NCBI RefSeq assembly: GCF_006345805.1
Contig: NC_043002.1
Location: 31,186,001 to 31,250,000, forward strand
Direction of reading: 5' to 3'
Source of the DNA: Octopus sinensis
Taxonomy: Eukaryota
Length of the DNA stretch: 64,000 nucleotides
Under the pieces are notes generated by a model. It was not told the origin of the DNA. It saw nothing but the letters and a program-made list of their open reading frames with translations, and did not search any database. Shown here in pieces: positions 14,523 to 29,064 of this stretch; position 1 is the first letter of the stretch; every line of letters starts with the position of its first letter. The position numbers and the translations under genes are program-made.

Positions 14523-17182
14523 TATATATATAATATATATATATATCAAGAAGTTCGAGTTGATGCAGAGGGAGTTCTCGGCCCCATGCTGTTGGGACTC
14601 ATCCGACAATGAGTCCAGAAAGCAAGGGTTTGTATATAGCAGTGGGACACCAGTTCGTCGGATATCTTTTGAGCTAATATCTATCCAACTATATCATTGA
14701 TTCAGGCCGCTTACAAGGCATCACCAACTGAAACCAATTTTAACACAAAGACAGCAATGGACTTGGAGTTACTAGTGCCAAAAGGAATTTAGATTGATAC
14801 GATACTGTAAGTCCATTAGTGAAGCTGCTCAGAAAGCTACTAGGGGCTCAAGATAAATCAAGGGGAGTCGAGGTTTGTTGCTGTTACGATACAAATCATT
14901 ACTCGAATAACTCCTGCTGAACGAATTGGGCGAATTGGGTTTAATGTTAAAATAACTGAAACCAATTACTACTAAAGAAGTACAGTAATGATTCGATATA
15001 CGAGTTAATTTGTTCCCGGAGGCCGCTCGTAAAGCAAAGCAATACTTTCCCATAGTAGCAATGATATAATCGTAATTCCTTCCTAGAAAAATATCTTACT
15101 TATAAAATTTGTATTATTCGTAAATACGTGACAATAAAACAACAGTGGAATGTAAAGAGTATTGTATGTAATGCAAAAAGAATGTCAATAGATTTTATAT
15201 TAAAATGTATTTCTGTTAAAATCGCTTTCTAATTCATATTTACTTGCACAAGACTCGCGCACACTTGTAGACGCTATCGCCGATTCACAAGCACTCGTAG
15301 ACGGACTTGTAGATTTCTTTTTAAAAGTAAGTCTAGAGTTGTTTGCTTATAAGAAGTTACTTTTCACTCACTATAAGTTTCTCAGTGACACGCGGAAGCA
15401 TTTGTTATGGTAGTAGAAACTTGCAATTCGTTCAAACTTCGAATCTTGTGCTTCAAAAATAAAACTCTTAAACCCGGGGTCTCATAAAGCGGGTCCTCTC
15501 AAACAGTAAGGTGCATAAGTTCACTATTAATCTACAATGGTTATATGCAGCTGTTTCAGCTGCTGTTGTTATTGTTATTGCTCTAATTGATCACAGCTGT
15601 AGTGCAGATGTTGATGGAGGTGCTGACAGTTATGGAGATGCTAGTGGTTGTGGTAGTGAAAGTACTACTCTGTGGAGTGAACCAAGAATATCAAATATAT
15701 CACAATTGTGTTCCGCTTTATACAATTATACAATTGCATTTTAAAGCTATTTTTACTCTCTTACAAGAGATTCTTTTTGAAAGGAGACTTTATACGTGTT
15801 TATGGGTCAATCGATCCCGTAGAAAATTACCGTTCATTGCATTGTTCCTCCATTATATCACTATCTCACAGCATTCCTAGTGGCTCAATAATTCTTCCTG
15901 ACAGAAAAGATATGAAATAGAACATATTCCAAGAATACAAAAAGTGCTGAGGAATTTATTCAAATTCTAGAATATCTAATTCAAGAACATAATCCATCTA
16001 CTCGGTTATTCTGAACTCAAACATTTCAAATCTCTGAGTATTTCATATTATACTATCCTCACGATAATCTCCGGAATCCAAAGATTTTTTCCCCCATTTT
16101 TCCATTTAGCTTCAACGTTCTATTGCATGTTGGACAATATAGAAATGATTAAGAAGTACAATTATTCCGCAAATCTGAAATCTTAGAACGTATTGAAATT
16201 AAAAGATATTTCGGGATTCTATTAAAAGTCAATTATGAGACAACCCCCACAAAAAATAAAAACACATTATCTGCTTTCTATATTTTCGTACACATATTAT
16301 TACGACTTCATATATATAAGTATGTGTATGTGTGTGCATGTATATAAACATGTACATGCATACATACACACACATATATATGTATACGTATATATACGTA
16401 TATATATGCATATATCTATACATGTACATAAAAACTTATACATATATATATTATATAATATATATATATATTATATATATTATACGTATATATATATATA
16501 TGTGTGTGTGTGTGTATTATATTATGTGTGTTATATATATATATATGTGCATATATATTCATATATACATAGTACTTACACGAATGCGTATATGTTTATA
16601 TATACATATATATACTTATATATATATAAGTATATATATATATATATATGTATATATAACATATACGCATTCGTGTAAATACCTATGTATATATGAATAT
16701 ATATCCATATATATATACATATATATATACATATATATATATATACATATGTATAAGTATATATGTACATGTATAGACATATGCATATGTATATATATGC
16801 CTTCGTGCTTATATGGAATTTTATATCCCCTTAAATCACTATATTTACACACACACACTAAGATGTATATACACTCACATGCACAATCACACTCACACCT
16901 ATGTACACACACAGACACACACACACACACACATATATATTTATTTATGCATATATCTACTAAATATCGCCAAGTAAATGCAGATATACACACACGTGCA
17001 CACGCAACTATGCTTATACACAGACAGGCATATGTATGTATATATATATATTTGTGTGTGTGTGTATGTGTGTGTATGTGTGAGTGTGTATGTGTGTATG
17101 CAATCTACACATATAGATATGATATATATACACATATTTAAACATATATATATATGTGTGTGTGGTGTAAATATATACATAC

Positions 17183-17222
<40 letters not shown>

Positions 17223-18529
17223 TATATATATTATACATGCACACATACATAACCACACATATGTATGTATATGAACGTAGAAATGTGAAAATAAAATGTG
17301 AATAAAGAATTGGTAGGATTATTATATCCTTATTTATACGTCTCCAAGATTTCAGAGCCATTCTATTTAGCACTCTAATCAAATGAACGAAAACACAATA
17401 GCGGCATCAGATAATATTAAAATGCCGTGAAAGAGATTGAAGTCACTAATATTGAAAGAATATCCAAAGAATTTCCAGTCTTTCTGTTTCTTAGAGACCA
17501 GTCTGAATATCTGCTGATTCATTCTGACGTCGACACGATAAGTTTATTTAATTCCAAGTTCCTTCAAGATTCCATTCGCCATTATTTAGCTTCAATAGAA
17601 ATCGGGTAAATAAAACTGTTTGACGTAATGGAATATAAAATGAGGCTTTGTGGAGGTTGTTAGTGGAAGTTGTGTGGTTTGGACGTGTCGAAACCAATCG
17701 GTGGGTTATGGCAACAATAACAGGCAACAAAACCGTAGTTTTAGCATACCTTCACGATTGCATACATAAATGCATTGATAGATGCACACGCGCGTATATA
17801 TACATATACATATATGCATATATGTATGTGTGCACATACAACATACATATATAGACATCTGTAGGTATATTATATGTATATAATTATATACATACATATG
17901 CATACACATATACATATATATATATATATATTCATATTTATATTTGTTTATATATTATATATATATTATAATATATATATACATGCATATCTATATATAT
18001 GTTTATACACCTAGTATATATATATATATATATACATATATATATACATATATATATATATTATATATATATATATATACATGCATATCTATATATGTGT
18101 TTATACATATATTATATATATATATACATATATATATATAATATATATATATATAGTTGTGTATAATAATAATGATATGAGGGAATATATTCCAAACTAC
18201 AGGGAAAATTCAATTTCGAAATACTAAATCAAATTCACAAAATAATAATATATAAATTAGAAAAAAAAATACTTTTATCAATTCAATATGAAAAATTAAA
18301 TTATACCATCTAGAAAATTGCATATTATCGAAAGATTAAATATAAGATAAAACATATAACGATGATTAAGTAATGTGCAAAATAATAAAGAAAACGTATA
18401 TTTGGTAGAATAACGGCACGTCTTTCTTGGCTATATTAATAAATGACAATAATAAAATAGAAAATAGTAGTAGTAGTAGTAAAATCCTTCCATATAAATA
18501 TAGCCATTTGTATAATATATATATATATA

Positions 18530-18616
<87 letters not shown>

Positions 18617-18768
18617 CTAGATATATTACACATGTATATACTTATGCATACATTCTTACTAATAAACGTTTAAGAAATACATACATACATGCATACATAC
18701 ATATATATACATATATATATATACATTTATAAATGGAGTTATATGCAGGTTTTTTTCAAATTATGTTA

Positions 18769-18855
18769 CTTCCGACACACGTTTCGAAGATATCAATGGT
18801 ATTATTCCAAAGGAATAAAATGTTATAAAACAATGTAATCTTCTCTTAAGAAAAA
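18769..18855 (-). ncRNA. Hammerhead ribozyme motif (degenerate) in the putative PLE terminal repeat
   Basis: CTTAAGA (core, one substitution)-GAAGAT...ATCTTC (perfect 6-bp stem II)-GAAAC-GTGT-GTC-GGAAG. Confidence 0.6.
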
Positions 18856-19233
18856 TGAAGAAATGAAACTCGTCAATAAGACATTTTCACAGAAAATGAT
18901 GGATATGTATATTGATTAACTGAACGCTATTAAATTTGTTTCAGCAAAACGTTATAGGATATAACGTCAAAGGTAGCCTATAGAAAGAGGAGGGGTAAAA
19001 GAAAGAAAAACTAAATAAATGAGAAGTATATAACTATATGTATATTAAATAAATCCGTATAGACTCGGAAAAAGTTATTTTGAGTGAATGTAAAATGTAA
19101 GAAGAAAATTAATATTTAAATTATATATTATGATAGATGTCACTTATATGAACTAATGGTATGTTTCTGCCAATGTTTACATCGGTATGCACGCCCTATG
19201 ACCGTGTTTACAAGGTGTTTTTAGAAAAAAAGG

Positions 19234-19512
19234 AATAAAAAATAGTTCCGAATTAGAGAGAAGACAGAATTCCTTGCCTTTGTCATAAGGTATCGAGATT
19301 GAGAGAATCAACCAATCTAAATTGAATTGTTTATTGTGATATTTTAGATCCCAAATTAGTTTACTAAACCCTGTACTGTTACGTTTATTCCTATCCCTAA
19401 ATATAGAGTAATGATTAGAAATTCTTTTAGATAACTGAGAAGATGTGCTTCCTATATAAAAAAATACTTCATTGCCAGTAGTAATTTAACATTAGTATAT
19501 AGAATTTTTCAT
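19234..19512 (-). pseudogene. GIY-YIG endonuclease remnant of a Penelope-like element
   Basis: NSIY*C*...FFYIGSTSSQLSKRISNHYSIF...NSTGFSKLIWDLK...W.I....Y.KGKEFCLL..SE matches the PLE GIY-YIG pattern; contains in-frame stops. Confidence 0.8.
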
Positions 19513-21621
19513 TTTAGAGTTACTTGACATAAAATTGATTCTGTTGTAATTGACTTCAGGTACAATAATCTTGTTATTAATAGTTCTAGAGAGATGGATG
19601 GTATTAGTTACATTAATACTATTATTAGTAAATGTATCAAAAACAAGGAGTTACAACCTTTTTATTGTGTGACATTTTGATACCCTGGTAACTATTTATA
19701 TATTTTTCCGTGTTAATTGTTAACAAGGGAAAAATACACACATCAATTCATATATATATATATATGTGTGCGTGTGCGTGTGTGCGTCCGTGCAGAGAGG
19801 AGGAGAGGGACGGAGTATAGAGTGAGGGGGACAGAGAGGGGAGAAAGTGAGACAGACAGACGGATAAACACCTAGGCAGAAATAGAGTGAGAGAGGTCAA
19901 TATATATATGGATAGATAGATAGATAAATACACAGAGAGATAAACTGATATAGGACTTTGTGTAATGAACTATAACTGTGCATACATAAACACTCACACA
20001 GACATATACATATATTTACACGTGCATATTTATATATACATGATTACAAATGACCTCTGACAACGATCACTGTCCCTTGGAACTGTAATGTAATGTAGCT
20101 TCTTTGTCTTCTGGAAGCTGTTTTTACTGAGAGGAACAGGGCCAGAAGCATCTCTTGTTGCAGCGAGGACGTTATGCTTCATGATGCCACAACTACATTG
20201 TCCTAATCATAAAAGTAGTTACCAACATTTTCTTCTTCTGACAACTGTACAGTGATTACAAGTAATCTCAAATCTTATGATATTTAAAATCATGAAGTCC
20301 AGGCACAAACATTAAATGCATTTAATACCAACACCAAAAAGTACTGCAGTTTGTTAAATATTAGCGGATACACCATGTTATCTCTCGACCTCCGAGAAAT
20401 AATATCTAATCTTATTTTCACGTTATTCTATTGTTTAAGTGGGGGAACGCATTAGATAATGATTGCTTGTTATATGTACACACCATAAGTATAGTCTCTA
20501 GTGATCACTCAATATATTAAGTGATGGTCACTGTTGGAAAAATTAACAAATCAGGAAAATATTGGTTTTATAATACGACATCAAAAAACATAATAGCATA
20601 AATTGTTTTAAACGAGCGCAGGATTTTGAGGGTTTGCAACTCAGACTGTTCTCTTCTCAGTGGCTTCTACCTAGGTGATCCAGTAAGTATACAAGTAGTG
20701 CTTTACTGCTACAAGGATCCAGGTAGTGGTTAGCTGATAATCTATAATCTTTTTCATTGCATCCATAAATTTCATATCTCATTTCTACTTTGCCTTTATG
20801 GAGAAACTTGCTATGGTGGATTCTTTGTACACTCAGGGACACAATACTGATTCTGGGGTGGCCAATCAATTATTTCGATCTAATTATAGTAAAGAGTTTA
20901 TTATAACGACCTCGGAGTGATAGAGGAAAAGTGAATCCGAATGGGATTGAAACTCAGAATATACAGTGAAGAATCTAAGTAATATACGACGTTTTGACAG
21001 TCAGTCAGAATCTACCATTCCGGCCAATATACTGCTATCCAGTACATTAACGTCATAACTTGTTTATTTGGCAACTTTTAATTTTCGTGCTGTGATCATT
21101 GTTATGCCAAAAATAGGTTATGTGTGTATGGTTTATTTTATTTTAAGATGTATTTCTGAATCATTTGGACTTCTTTTTTTCTTTCGTTCATGCATGATGC
21201 TCTGTGCATGCACACATGTTCCTGTGCATGTGCATTATTGGAACATGCATGCGTGAATATGCACAGAATTGCATTTGAATTAAAGAAATGAATTTTCCTA
21301 AACTTTGTCAACAAAAAACAATACAAAAATTCTAAAATGTGTAACTTGGAACTTTGACAAAAAAAAGCATATAAAGAGAGACAGGCGGATATAAATACCT
21401 TGTTTTAGGTACTATGGATAATATAATACTAGTATGCATGCACTATGCATATAGGCATATAGGAAGAGCTGTATGCTACCATATCAGTATAAAAAGAAAA
21501 GTAGACTATTAAATGAATGTATACTATGTTGTCGACATTTCCTATTTTAAGTTACGGCCATATCCCTGATATTCAGATAAGTATGACGAAGTCTTTCCAT
21601 ATACTTTCTGAATGTGAAAAT

Positions 21622-21770
21622 ACGTGGCGTAGTGGTTAGGGCATTCGGCTTACGATCGTAACGGCGTAAGTTCGATTCCTGGAGGTAGATTGCATCCTTG
21701 AGCAAGATACTTTATTTCACGTTACTCCAGTCCACTCCGCTATCAAAAATGAGTTGTACTTGTAATTCAT
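21622..21770 (+). mobile_element. SINE family D, 5' part
   Basis: TGGCGTAGTGGTT A box, AGTTCGATTCC B box, then CCTTGAGCAAGATACTTTATTTCACGTT. Confidence 0.8.
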
Positions 21771-22071
21771 AGGAGAGAATTCACTCTCGAATTCACGCTG
21801 AATTTCTTTCATAGCTATGTTACGAGCATGCGTGTCTGTGAAGTGCTTAGTCACTTGTATGTTGATTTCACCCGTAGACTGTTCCCTTGATCGAATCAAG
21901 TTATATACTAATCCACGTGACCGACGGAGAACCAGGCGTTTCTCTGACGATCGGAGAAGGGAAATTGTACGGTGTGAAATGAGTACTGTTGGCCTAACTA
22001 AACTTAACAATATATGATGTATAATATGATATATCTATTTGTATGTGTGTGTGTGTGTGTTTGTGTGTGTG

Positions 22072-22116
<45 letters not shown>

Positions 22117-23291
22117 CATTCCTGTCACAACCTGGGACCTTGAAGACTGCTTAAATGCAAGAAAGTATACTAGTCCCTTAATATTTGATATTCAATATTT
22201 CATCTATTCATTAAGACAATCAATACTTCATTTCATTTTACTATATATATATAATATATATTCTATATTCTACATTAATATCATAAAGAATATAAATAAA
22301 ACATAAAAAACAGAGTTGGAATTCCTTTGAATAATATATATATATATATGAATATTGAATAAGGAGAAAAACACACGGGATGTAGCTAAACCATTAATTT
22401 AATTCGTCCTTAATCGAAAGACACCTGTTGTTTGTATTTGTAATTATGTACCATTTCACCGTTTCCCCACTTCTTTTCGTATACGGCGTATGCTTTCTTC
22501 TGCAGAATCTAGTGTTCTTAGCTTAGATTTTTTTTTTGGAGGGGCGACCACATTAGAGCAGTCTCGATTGTGACCGGCCGAAACTGCAACGCTGATCTGG
22601 TACTCGACTTAAGATAGAAATCACCGGATAAACCGTCCTTGTTTTCACCGTCCTTTTTTGTATCGCCTAACTTTCACCGGATGTTTTGTTGTCGCCTGTT
22701 ACGTTCTTCTTCCACTTTTTGTTTTGTTATATATATATATATATTCGTATCTATTTTTATGTTGAAAGACATTATATGAGGTGCTTCTTAGTCATATAAC
22801 TGATGACATATGCGTAAGCGCACATGTGTGTGTGTGTCTTTTCACCTATGCATATACATATCTTCAATTCCGAGTCACTCCCAGAAACAAACTTGCCTGT
22901 AATTTCGTACATGAAAGGATGGTTATAAGAGAGCAGATTTATTTTGAAGGTGTTAGTTTCATATATCATCATTACTATATTCCCCATAAAAAAGAAATTG
23001 TAACCATTTTCTTTCTATATTTTAGATGATGGGGCATAGTGTTACCTTGAAATATTTTTTGTAATATTTTTATTTCTATCTTTTTATTTTTTATCTTTCA
23101 CTTGTTTTAGTAATAACCCCGGCCATGCTGTGGCAGCAACTTCAGGAATTTTTAATCAAATGAATTAACCCCAGTATGTTTTCCTTTAAGCCTGGTATTC
23201 TATCTTTAAATTTTACCGAGGTTATGAGGACCATAAACACATCAACACTGTTTCACAAGCAGTGGCAGAAGACAAACACAGACACAAAAAC

Positions 23292-23362
<71 letters not shown>

Positions 23363-23415
23363 CTTATATATATATGTATATATATATGTGTATATATATA
23401 TATATATATATCCTT

Positions 23416-23796
23416 GAAGCACTCCGTCGGTTACGACGACGAGGGTTCCGGTTGATCCGAATCAACGGAACAGCCTGCTCGTGAAATTAACGTGTAAGTG
23501 GCTGAGCACTCCACAGACACGTGTACCCTTAACGTAGTTCTCGGGGATATTCAGCGTGACACAGAGAGTGACAAGGCCGGCCCTTTGAAATACAGGTACA
23601 ACAGAAACAGGAAGTAAGAGTGAGAGAAGGTTGTGGTGAAAGAGTACAGCAGGGATCACCACCATCCCCTGCCGGAGCCTCTTGGAGCTTTAGGTGTTTT
23701 CGCCCAATAAACACTCACAACGCCCGGTCTGGGAATCGAAACCGCGATCCTACGACCGCGAGTCCGCTGCCCTAACCACTGGGCCATTGCGCCTCC
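23416..23796 (-). mobile_element. Full-length tRNA-derived SINE (family C)
   Basis: Starts GGAGGCGCAATGGCCCAGTGGTTAGGGC (A box) with GGTTTCGATTCCC (B box); GC-rich body with many CpGs retained; embedded in (TA)n. Confidence 0.9.
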
Positions 23797-23917
23797 ATAT
23801 ATATATACCGTATACATAATACATATATGTCCCCTATATATATATATATATAATATATATATATATGTCCCCTATATATATATTATATATATATATATAC
23901 CGTATACATAATACATA

Positions 23918-23986
<69 letters not shown>

Positions 23987-23989
23987 TCT

Positions 23990-24221
23990 TATTCTTTTGT
24001 TTGTTTCAATCATTTGGTAACGACCATGCTGGAGCACTGCATTTAGTCGACCAAATCGACCCCAGGTCGTATTGTCTGTAGGCCTAGTACTTATTGTATT
24101 GGTATCTTTGCCGAACCGCTAAGTTACTAGGACGTAAACACACCAACATCGGTTGCCAAGTGATGGTAAGGGGACAAAGACAGACACACTAACACATTTA
24201 AATACACACACACATACACAG

Positions 24222-24283
<62 letters not shown>

Positions 24284-24445
24284 ACTACGGGATTCTTCCA
24301 GTTCCCGTTTAGTAAATCCACTCAGAAGACATTTTGTCGGTTTGAGGGTATAGTATGAGATACTTGCCTAAGGCACCACTCAGTGGCACTGAACCCGGAA
24401 TGATGTGGTTGGGAAACAAACTTCTCATTGCACAGCCACGCTAGC
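23990..24445 (-). mobile_element. Old full-length SINE family A copy
   Basis: Head, central (TA/CA)n and ...CAGCATGGTCG...TGAAACAA tail are all recognisable but diverged. Confidence 0.85.
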
Positions 24446-25986
24446 GCTTGTCTTACCATTATTTCAAATTAGTTTTTACACCCTTCCTTATTTTTACAAT
24501 ATTGTTTTTTTTTTTTTTGTCTCTTCATAGTTTCCAAGATTCCACCTCGCATCACTATATTTCAGTCACGAGCAAAGAAAATAAAAACAAAATTTGCATC
24601 AACTTTCAAAAGAAAAACAATAAAAGCAACAAAAACGATATTATCAAATATAGCATGTATAAAAAAAAATATAGCGACAAAAATAAACAAACAAACTAAA
24701 ACAAAAAAAAACAACAACACTAAAAAGCAGAGAAAATAACAAACATGACAATAGCTACAGCAACAACGATGAAGGAAATTTCAAATAAGAAATATATATT
24801 TACTGAATAACATTTCAGATTGTTGATAAAAAGAGAATAATTAAGTAAATTGTAATCAACATTGTTAGTTCCTCGACTGATGTAATCCACGTGCCAGGTG
24901 ACTGGCAGTGGATTGCGCGCGAGCGTGCGGTTTTCTGTGAGTGCGTGCGGATGTCTAGGGATGTGCGTGCGCATGCATATGTGAGTTTGTGTCAGTGTGA
25001 GTGTGTACAAATAATAGTGGATCGCTCGCGAGAGAGCAGGGATGGGAGTGCGCGCGCATGTGTGAGTTTGTGTCAGTAGGAGTGTGTATATATATATGTG
25101 TGTTATTTTATGTATGTGAGTGTCTTACTTCGTGTTTGTGTGTTGTGTGTGTATATGTTTTGTTTCAAATACGTATGCATGCGTTTGTGTGCTGTTTTGT
25201 TGATGCGTGAAGTTATGCATGAGTATCAATGAAAGGGGTGCGTAGGTTTAAAAGAACGTGAAGAAGAAAGAGAAAGAAAATAGCGAGAGAGAGAGTAAGA
25301 GACAGACAGAGTGATAGTGGGAGGGAAAAAGTGGGAGAGCGAGAGAGACAGAGAGAGAGTGAGAGAATGGGATAAGTGTGAGTGAGGGAGAGCAAGAAAG
25401 AGCAAAGATTTGAAAGAACAGGCATAGAGAAGGCGAGCGAGAGTATAGGATCCAAGGAGAGAAAACAGGAAAATAAGAGAAAGAGACGTAGAGACAGAAC
25501 AGACGTGGGTGTGAGATAGACTGATATTGATAGAAATCTATAGAAGGGTCATACATATTTATATACAGTTTTAGGAGTCTTTGAAGTTCTTTTCAAGATA
25601 ATTCAACTAATTACTTCTTTCACAATTTAATATGATCACACACAAAAGCAAATTTGTATAGTCATACGTACATATATGTGAGTGTGTGTGTGTGTAAACA
25701 TATATATATATATACGTATACACACACACATATATATATATAATCATATATACATACACAGACATATATGCATATATATGTGTGTGTGCGTATACACATA
25801 TTTATTTACACACGCATTGGATGATTACATGATTTCTTTAGTGCATATACACGTATAATATTGTTGATGCTCACTCAACATGCGACTTCTCGTTGCAAAG
25901 TAGAGAGATTTGTTGATGTGTGTATATATATATATATACATGTATATATATATATATATATATATGAAGAGATCCAGTTTCCACAG

Positions 25987-26340
25987 CAGTGGCTGTGTGG
26001 TAAGTAGCTTGCTAACCAACCACAGTCCCACTGCGTGGCATCTTGGGCAAGTGTCTTCTGCTATAGCCCCGGGCCGACCAATGCCTTGTGAGTGGATTTG
26101 GTAGACGGAAACTGAAAGAAGCCTGTCGTATATATGTATATATATGTATATGTGTGTGTGTTTGTGTGTCTGTGTTTGTCCCCCTAGCATTGCTTGACAA
26201 CCGATGCTGGTGTGTTTACGTCCCCGTCACTTAGCGGTTCGGCAAAAAGAGACCGATAGAATAAGTACTAAAAAAAGGTGGTGCTCCAGCATGGCCGCAG
26301 TCAGATGACTGAAACAAGTAAAAAAAAAAAAAAAAAAAAG
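25987..26340 (+). mobile_element. Full-length SINE family A (CORE-like)
   Basis: GTGGCTGTGTGGTAAG head, GGCATCTTGGGCAAGTGTCTT CORE-like block, internal microsatellite, GGTGCTCCAGCATGGCCGCAGTCAGATGACTGAAAC tail and A-rich end. Confidence 0.92.
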
Positions 26341-26523
26341 TATATATATATATTACATATGTATGCTTTCATTCTTTCGGGTTCGAAAATTGGATACTAG
26401 CTGAGCACTGAAGTTGATGGAATCGACTCACCACTACCAACCAATTGTTGGAATTGTACCAAAATTTCAAACCGCTATTGATATATACGTATGGAAATGC
26501 GTGTGTATCGGGTATATATATAA

Positions 26524-26621
<98 letters not shown>

Positions 26622-26881
26622 CATACATATATACACATATATATACATATATATACGTTAAAATATATACACAAGAAAATAATTATTGCTTACGAGCATA
26701 ATTGTAAGAAAATGAGATTGAATATGCACTTGAAGTTTTCAGAATATTTATTTAACAAATTCACCAGATTCAAATTTTCCTTATTTTGAAATCTAGTCTA
26801 ATACAGATAGTCTTGGAATTATTACATCATCTTTTGAATCTTTAGCTCCCTCCTTAATCATATATATATATATATATATAT

Positions 26882-28455
26882 ATTTTTTATTTATCTAGTT
26901 TCAGCTCACAAGCTGTGGCCATGCTGGGGCACCGCCATTTGGTGTTGCTACATGATTTTACATCACGAGTGCTGTTTAGCAATTGCCATTTGGTGCATGA
27001 GAGAGTTCGATGCCGCTGCCCTCATCTGCACCTCCTGCCGTGAAGTTGGTTCATCCGGGATACCTGACAAGAAGAGATCCAGTTTCATTTTAAAGACATC
27101 CGCGTCCACCCCATGCACGTCACTCAGGTTCTTCGGGAGGATATTGAAGAGCTGTGAGCCTCTGAACCCAGGCTATCACAGTATCTTGTCCTACATCTTG
27201 ATGGCAAATTTGGAGTCCTTGGCACTATGCAGTGGCGCCCAGTTCTGGCATTTGTGTAACTCTCGATGCCAAAGTTTGGGACAAGTCCTTCTAGGATCTT
27301 CCAGATGTATATTATTGCATATCTTTCTCGCCTACGCTGTAAGGAATAGAGTCTCAATCTCTTGAGTCTTTCCCAATAGCTTATATGCTGCACAGAGGCT
27401 ATCTTGTTCGTGTAGCTTCGTTGGATCGCCTCAAGTTCTGTGATTAACTTGACACTGGATGGTGACCATAGCTGAGAGCAATAGTCAATGTGGCTTAGGA
27501 CAAGTGTTCTCCAGAGGACCATCATGGTTTCCTGGTCTCTTGTTCTGAAGGTTCTAAGAATCCATCCGGTCAGCCGCCTACATTTCATTGCCAATTTAAC
27601 AACATGCACATGAAAGGTTGCATCATCACTCATGTAAATACCCAAGTCTCGCACTGATTGTGCCTCTGGGATTGCAGTCCCTCCAGCTCCAGTGTATTTA
27701 TTGGGTATTGCATTTAGTTTTGCGTGCTGATAGCATAGAGCTTGAAAGTTTTCAGCATTGAACTGCATGATATTCTTTTCAGCCCACTTGTATATTTTGT
27801 CCAGCTCACATTGCAGGTGCTTAGTGTCTTCAGGGTTCTGTATTGCCTGTGAAACTTTTGTATCATCTGCATAACTTGTGATTGTGGCTCTCTGCGTGGC
27901 TGAGGGCATGTCTGAGGGGACCATTATGAACAGTAGTGGTCCCAAAACAGTGCCTTGCGGAACACCGCTCACTATTTGCGTGTTAATGGAAGTGGCCCCA
28001 TTGGCTAATACCACCTGACTTCTATCCTTCAGAAAGTCATGAAGCTATTCTCCCAATTTTCCAACTATACCAAGATCACGCAGTTTGTGACATAGCATTC
28101 CATGATCGACTTTATCAAAGGCCTTTGCAAAGTCGAGATATATGACTTCCACATTTGAGTGGTTGAGCAGTCATTTTAGCACCCAGACATAGTGTTGTAG
28201 GAGCTGAGTTAAGCGGCTTCTTCCTGGTCGGAAACCATGTTGTGTGTCCAGCAGCAAGTCATTTTCTTCAAGGAAGGTGATTAGTTTCTTTCTGACTATT
28301 CGTTCTATGACCTTGCTGATGTGTGAGGTCAGAGAGATAGGTCTGTAGTTCTTGGCCTCCGCTCTGTTACCTCCGTTATGAATAGGGCATATTTTACCTT
28401 CCTTCAGTTTTCTTGGAAGTTTGCCAGTTGCAAGGAAGCTCTGAAAGAGGAACTG

Positions 28456-28457
<2 letters not shown>
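26882..28457 (-). mobile_element. 5'-truncated CR1-like LINE (RT domain to 3' end)
   Basis: NYRPISLTS, QHGFRPGRS, YLDFAKAFDKVDH, SGVPQGTVLGPLLF and YADD motifs; two in-frame stops (28171-28173, ~28046) and a frameshift near 27170; tail ends in (ATAA)n. Confidence 0.95.
27124..28014 (-). pseudogene. Reverse transcriptase C-terminal open segment of the CR1-like LINE
   Basis: 296-aa ORF with the GVPQGTVLGP, YADD and RDLGI motifs. Confidence 0.9.
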
Positions 28458-28496
<39 letters not shown>

Positions 28497-29064
28497 CTCT
28501 ACATCGATATAAATCACATGTTATTTCACCGATAAAATTCCATCCAATCACGAAGATACAAATATATATCGATATAAATCAGTCCTTTCCACTTAGTGTT
28601 TGTTATCCATGAAAAAATATTACGATATTGTTCTTGATCGGACTGGGACTCTCATCATTTGAGCTGATTTATAGATCAAAATAATCCATTCGATGATTAT
28701 CCAAGATGAAGAAGATCGATAACAGATGATTTCATGATAATACCGCTGATATAACTCAGCTCAATTAATTATCTTTTAATTTCTTACATGTAATAAGGTT
28801 TCTTTCCTTTAACTGAACAATTATTTTTATGTTTTGTTGTTAGCAGGTCTCATGTCAAATTTCTGTTCATCTTAGTTGATAGGATTTCGATCAAATGGCT
28901 GACAACCATCAACATCACATCTTTATTGTTAATAGAACATTAATTATTCATATATTTTTTAATGAAGACGGATGGATGAGATTTGAAAAACTTTTGGATA
29001 CTATTTCTTGCAGGTCTGATCGGCACGCGGCTGTTCCGCCCTTGGATTTGGCAAAATGATTTTG

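Noticed and set aside
20640-20690. Possible 22-nt micro-exon (CTCTTCTCAG...GTAAGT)
   Set aside because: Splice-like signals are common by chance; there is no supporting frame or neighbouring exon.
22545-22600. Hammerhead-like ...GGCCGAAAC (similar weak case at 7505-7535)
   Set aside because: The CUGANGA core and stems are too degenerate to call.
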